Shown here one piece after another: positions 61,576 to 64,000 of a stretch of 64,000 nt of DNA (position 1 is its first letter; each line of letters starts with the position of its first letter). Location of the stretch: assembly GCA_001244265.2 (NCBI GenBank), contig CDLV01000011.1, forward strand, positions 248,001-312,000. Direction: 5' to 3'. Source of the DNA: Microbotryum violaceum. Lineage: Eukaryota. The notes below the pieces were generated by a model. The model worked only from the letters and a program-made list of their open reading frames with translations, had not been told where the DNA came from and did not search any database. The translations under genes were made by a program, and so were the position numbers.

Positions 61576-64000
61576 GGACCAACTACGCTTGAGGGTCCGC
61601 AAGGAACGCCGCATCGGATTGTCCGTCCGCCGCCGCCACTGCCGTTCTCGTTCTCGTTCCCGTTCCCGTTCCCGCGTTCGCTCCGGTCCGGGCAGGCTCG
61701 GTCAACGCAACCCACCCACTACTCGGACTGGTGTGAGTTGCAGTCAATAGCTGCTACGAGTGGAGTGGTGTAGGTGCCTAGCCATGCAGGGGGGGGCAAG
61801 TCGGCCACACCCTCACCTTGCACATACCACTCGTAACTGCTATCGAAGATATCGGGACTCTCTTCAAGGCGCTGGCGGATGGCGCATCGAGCTTAAGGTG
61901 GTGAGTGACCGACTTGGGGCACAGGTGGTGGATTTCGATCGCTGTCTGGTCGGCCAAATCGCGACAGGCCTGGGCGTACGAGTCCGGTCCCACGCTCGTG
62001 ACGTTGTACTGACCTGTCAATACGTCGTTTAAACGCAGGCACGATCATGGAAATCGGACCCACATTGTACTCCCCCCCATCCCAACCCTTGTCCGATCCG
62101 ATCTCGGGTCTGTGCGACACGCTCGAGGCGATCGAGGAGCAACGGTTCAACCTCGCGACGTCACTCGACCCATCCGAGTCCAACCTCGAAAAGCTACGCG
62201 ACGCAGTTCTGAATGTTTCGGACGTAGGGTCTCCGTCTCGTTCAGAGTCCCCATTCAGCAATTCTATCATACTCTCCGGATACCTCGCCAAACGGCCCGA
62301 CATAGTGCGAGGTTCGGCGTCGCTCACCGCTTTGGGGCCACAATACGTTTCCTTGACCGACAAGACCATGTGGACGGCCATGGGCGAGATATCGTCGACT
62401 CGGCCCTCGATTCCACTTGTCTACCTTCGGGGTTTTCCTGCTATTGTTAGAGAGCACCTCGAGTACTCGCTCGTGTTCGAGAATAAGTTCCCGGGTTCCG
62501 CTTTGGAAGAGAGGCTCTTCCGCAAGCGCCTCGAAGGACTTGACCTCGACCTCGTCGTAAGCCGCTTCTACGTGGGCTGGACGACACGCGATGTGATCTT
62601 ACGAGCCCAAGAAGATCAAGAATTGATCAAAAAGGACGAACTGGGCACCCAGTTCGGTAACTACATTTCGTCGATCGGTCGAGGCCGCGTAAACGACTTC
62701 AACATCTTCATTCTCAACCTTCCCTCGACAACGATTCATCGATCTCAAGCGCGCCAACTCACGGAACAGTTCGAGGCCTTCTTCATCGCACTTCTCGGGC
62801 ATGCAAGCCTGAACTCGGCTTCTGGGGGAACGACGACGAGATGGACGGCGGACAACGGCCTCTTCCGCTGGCGTGACATCATCTCTGCCCCACTCGTTGC
62901 GCAGGCGCAAGTAGAGGTCATCGAGGCCGCGGACTCACTCGCAGAAGAATCATGGCCCCTCACGCAAGCCGATCGAGATACCGCCAACCGTCGTGCGAGC
63001 CACGAGTTCGAGACCGCCGTTCGTAACCACTTCCAGGACTTCAAAGAATACTTTGAAAATAAACGCATCGCTCTCGTCGACCCTCAGAACGTGCAAATCA
63101 CGCCGGCTTACTTCGAGCAGTTAGTCCTTGCAGCGTGCGCGGTGCCGTTCAACCGCTTTGGGCAGATCATCACCATGAACGTGTTCGAGGTGCCACCCGC
63201 GAGCGAGTTCAACGGCGTGACCCGTTTTTTTTGGCGATGATCCTGGTGCTATGCGCGAGTGGTCGAGCGACATCGATCTCCGAATGGAGCGAGGTGTCGG
63301 AGAGTATGATAGAATTGCTGAATGGGGACTCTGAACGAGACGGAGACCCTACGTCCGAAACATTCAGAACTGCGTCGCGTAGCTTTTCGAGGTTGGACTC
63401 GGATGGGTCGAGTGACGTCGCGAGGTTGAACCGTTGCTCCTCGATCGCCTCGAGCGTGTCGCACAGACCCGAGATCGGATCGGACAAGGGTTGGGATGGG
63501 GGGGAGTACAATGTGGGTCCGATTTCCATGATCGTGCCTGCGTTTAAACGACGTATTGACAGGTCAGTACAACGTCACGAGCGTGGGACCGGACTCGTAC
63601 GCCCAGGCCTGTCGCGATTTGGCCGACCAGACAGCGATCGAAATCCACCACCTGTGCCCCAAGTCGGTCACTCACCACCTTAAGCTCGATGCGCCATCCG
63701 CCAGCGCCTTGAAGAGAGTCCCGATATCTTCGATAGCAGTTACGAGTGGTATGTGCAAGGTGAGGGTGTGGCCGACTTGCCCCCCCCTGCATGGCTAGGC
63801 ACCTACACCACTCCACTCGTAGCAGCTATTGACTGCAACTCACACCAGTCCGAGTAGTGGGTGGGTTGCGTTGACCGAGCCTGCCCGGACCGGAGCGAAC
63901 GCGGGAACGGGAACGGGAACGAGAACGAGAACGGCAGTGGCGGCGGCGGACGGACAATCCGATGCGGCGTTCCTTGCGGACCCTCAAGCGTAGTTGGTCC
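61576..64000. repeat. Long inverted repeat: arms 61576-62278 and 63298-64000 (>=703 bp, runs off the window), 1019-bp spacer
   Basis: Identical ORFs appear on opposite strands in the ORF track; paired end coordinates sum to the same value (125576), so there is no net indel. Confidence 0.95.
62047..63240 (+). CDS. GIY-YIG-like endonuclease domain protein, probably 3'-truncated
   Basis: Ordered motifs LVYLR...FYVGWT...R..ED...EAFFIALLG..LNSASGG match the GIY-YIG Y/YxG/R/E/N pattern. Possible upstream exon via intron ~61901-62038. Confidence 0.6.
   Translation: MEIGPTLYSPPSQPLSDPISGLCDTLEAIEEQRFNLATSLDPSESNLEKLRDAVLNVSDVGSPSRSESPFSNSIILSGYLAKRPDIVRGSASLTALGPQYVSLTDKTMWTAMGEISSTRPSIPLVYLRGFPAIVREHLEYSLVFENKFPGSALEERLFRKRLEGLDLDLVVSRFYVGWTTRDVILRAQEDQELIKKDELGTQFGNYISSIGRGRVNDFNIFILNLPSTTIHRSQARQLTEQFEAFFIALLGHASLNSASGGTTTRWTADNGLFRWRDIISAPLVAQAQVEVIEAADSLAEESWPLTQADRDTANRRASHEFETAVRNHFQDFKEYFENKRIALVDPQNVQITPAYFEQLVLAACAVPFNRFGQIITMNVFEVPPASEFNGVTRFFWR

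Noticed and set aside
62047-63240. Complete Penelope-like element or Dada/KDZ transposon
   Set aside because: No reverse transcriptase, DDE transposase or hammerhead motif is visible in the window; cannot be assigned.

Overview
Intron-rich fungal nuclear DNA. Splice signals (GTGAGT/GTCAGT donors, CTGAC/CTAAC branch points), gene content and TE types point to a basidiomycete, probably Microbotryomycetes such as Microbotryum (inferred, not proven). Left to right: two tandem CE8 pectin methylesterases; a TE cluster at 4.4-10.7 kb (minus-strand A-tailed non-coding element, orphan tRNA-Ser 3' end, decayed L1/Tx1-like LINE carrying a solo LTR); a housekeeping block (CKS1, hypothetical protein, TCERG1-like WW/FF, PEX7, Kelch-BTB Ral2/Mds3-like, ATP1, DUF6534-like pseudogene, RPL10, head-to-head RPN6/RPN7, RPP2, septin-like membrane protein); a 2.9-kb non-autonomous Helitron with a nested 121-bp mini-Helitron; a secreted Cys-rich protein; a 373-bp foldback element; a Zn2Cys6 factor; and TAF2 with three bromodomains. 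The most unusual part is 59.9-64 kb: a tandem array of tRNA-Leu 5'-half repeats (A-box plus a covarying T-loop-like hairpin) runs directly into one arm of a >=703-bp inverted repeat that encloses a GIY-YIG-like nuclease ORF. All calls were made by eye; no database searches were run and exon boundaries are approximate.
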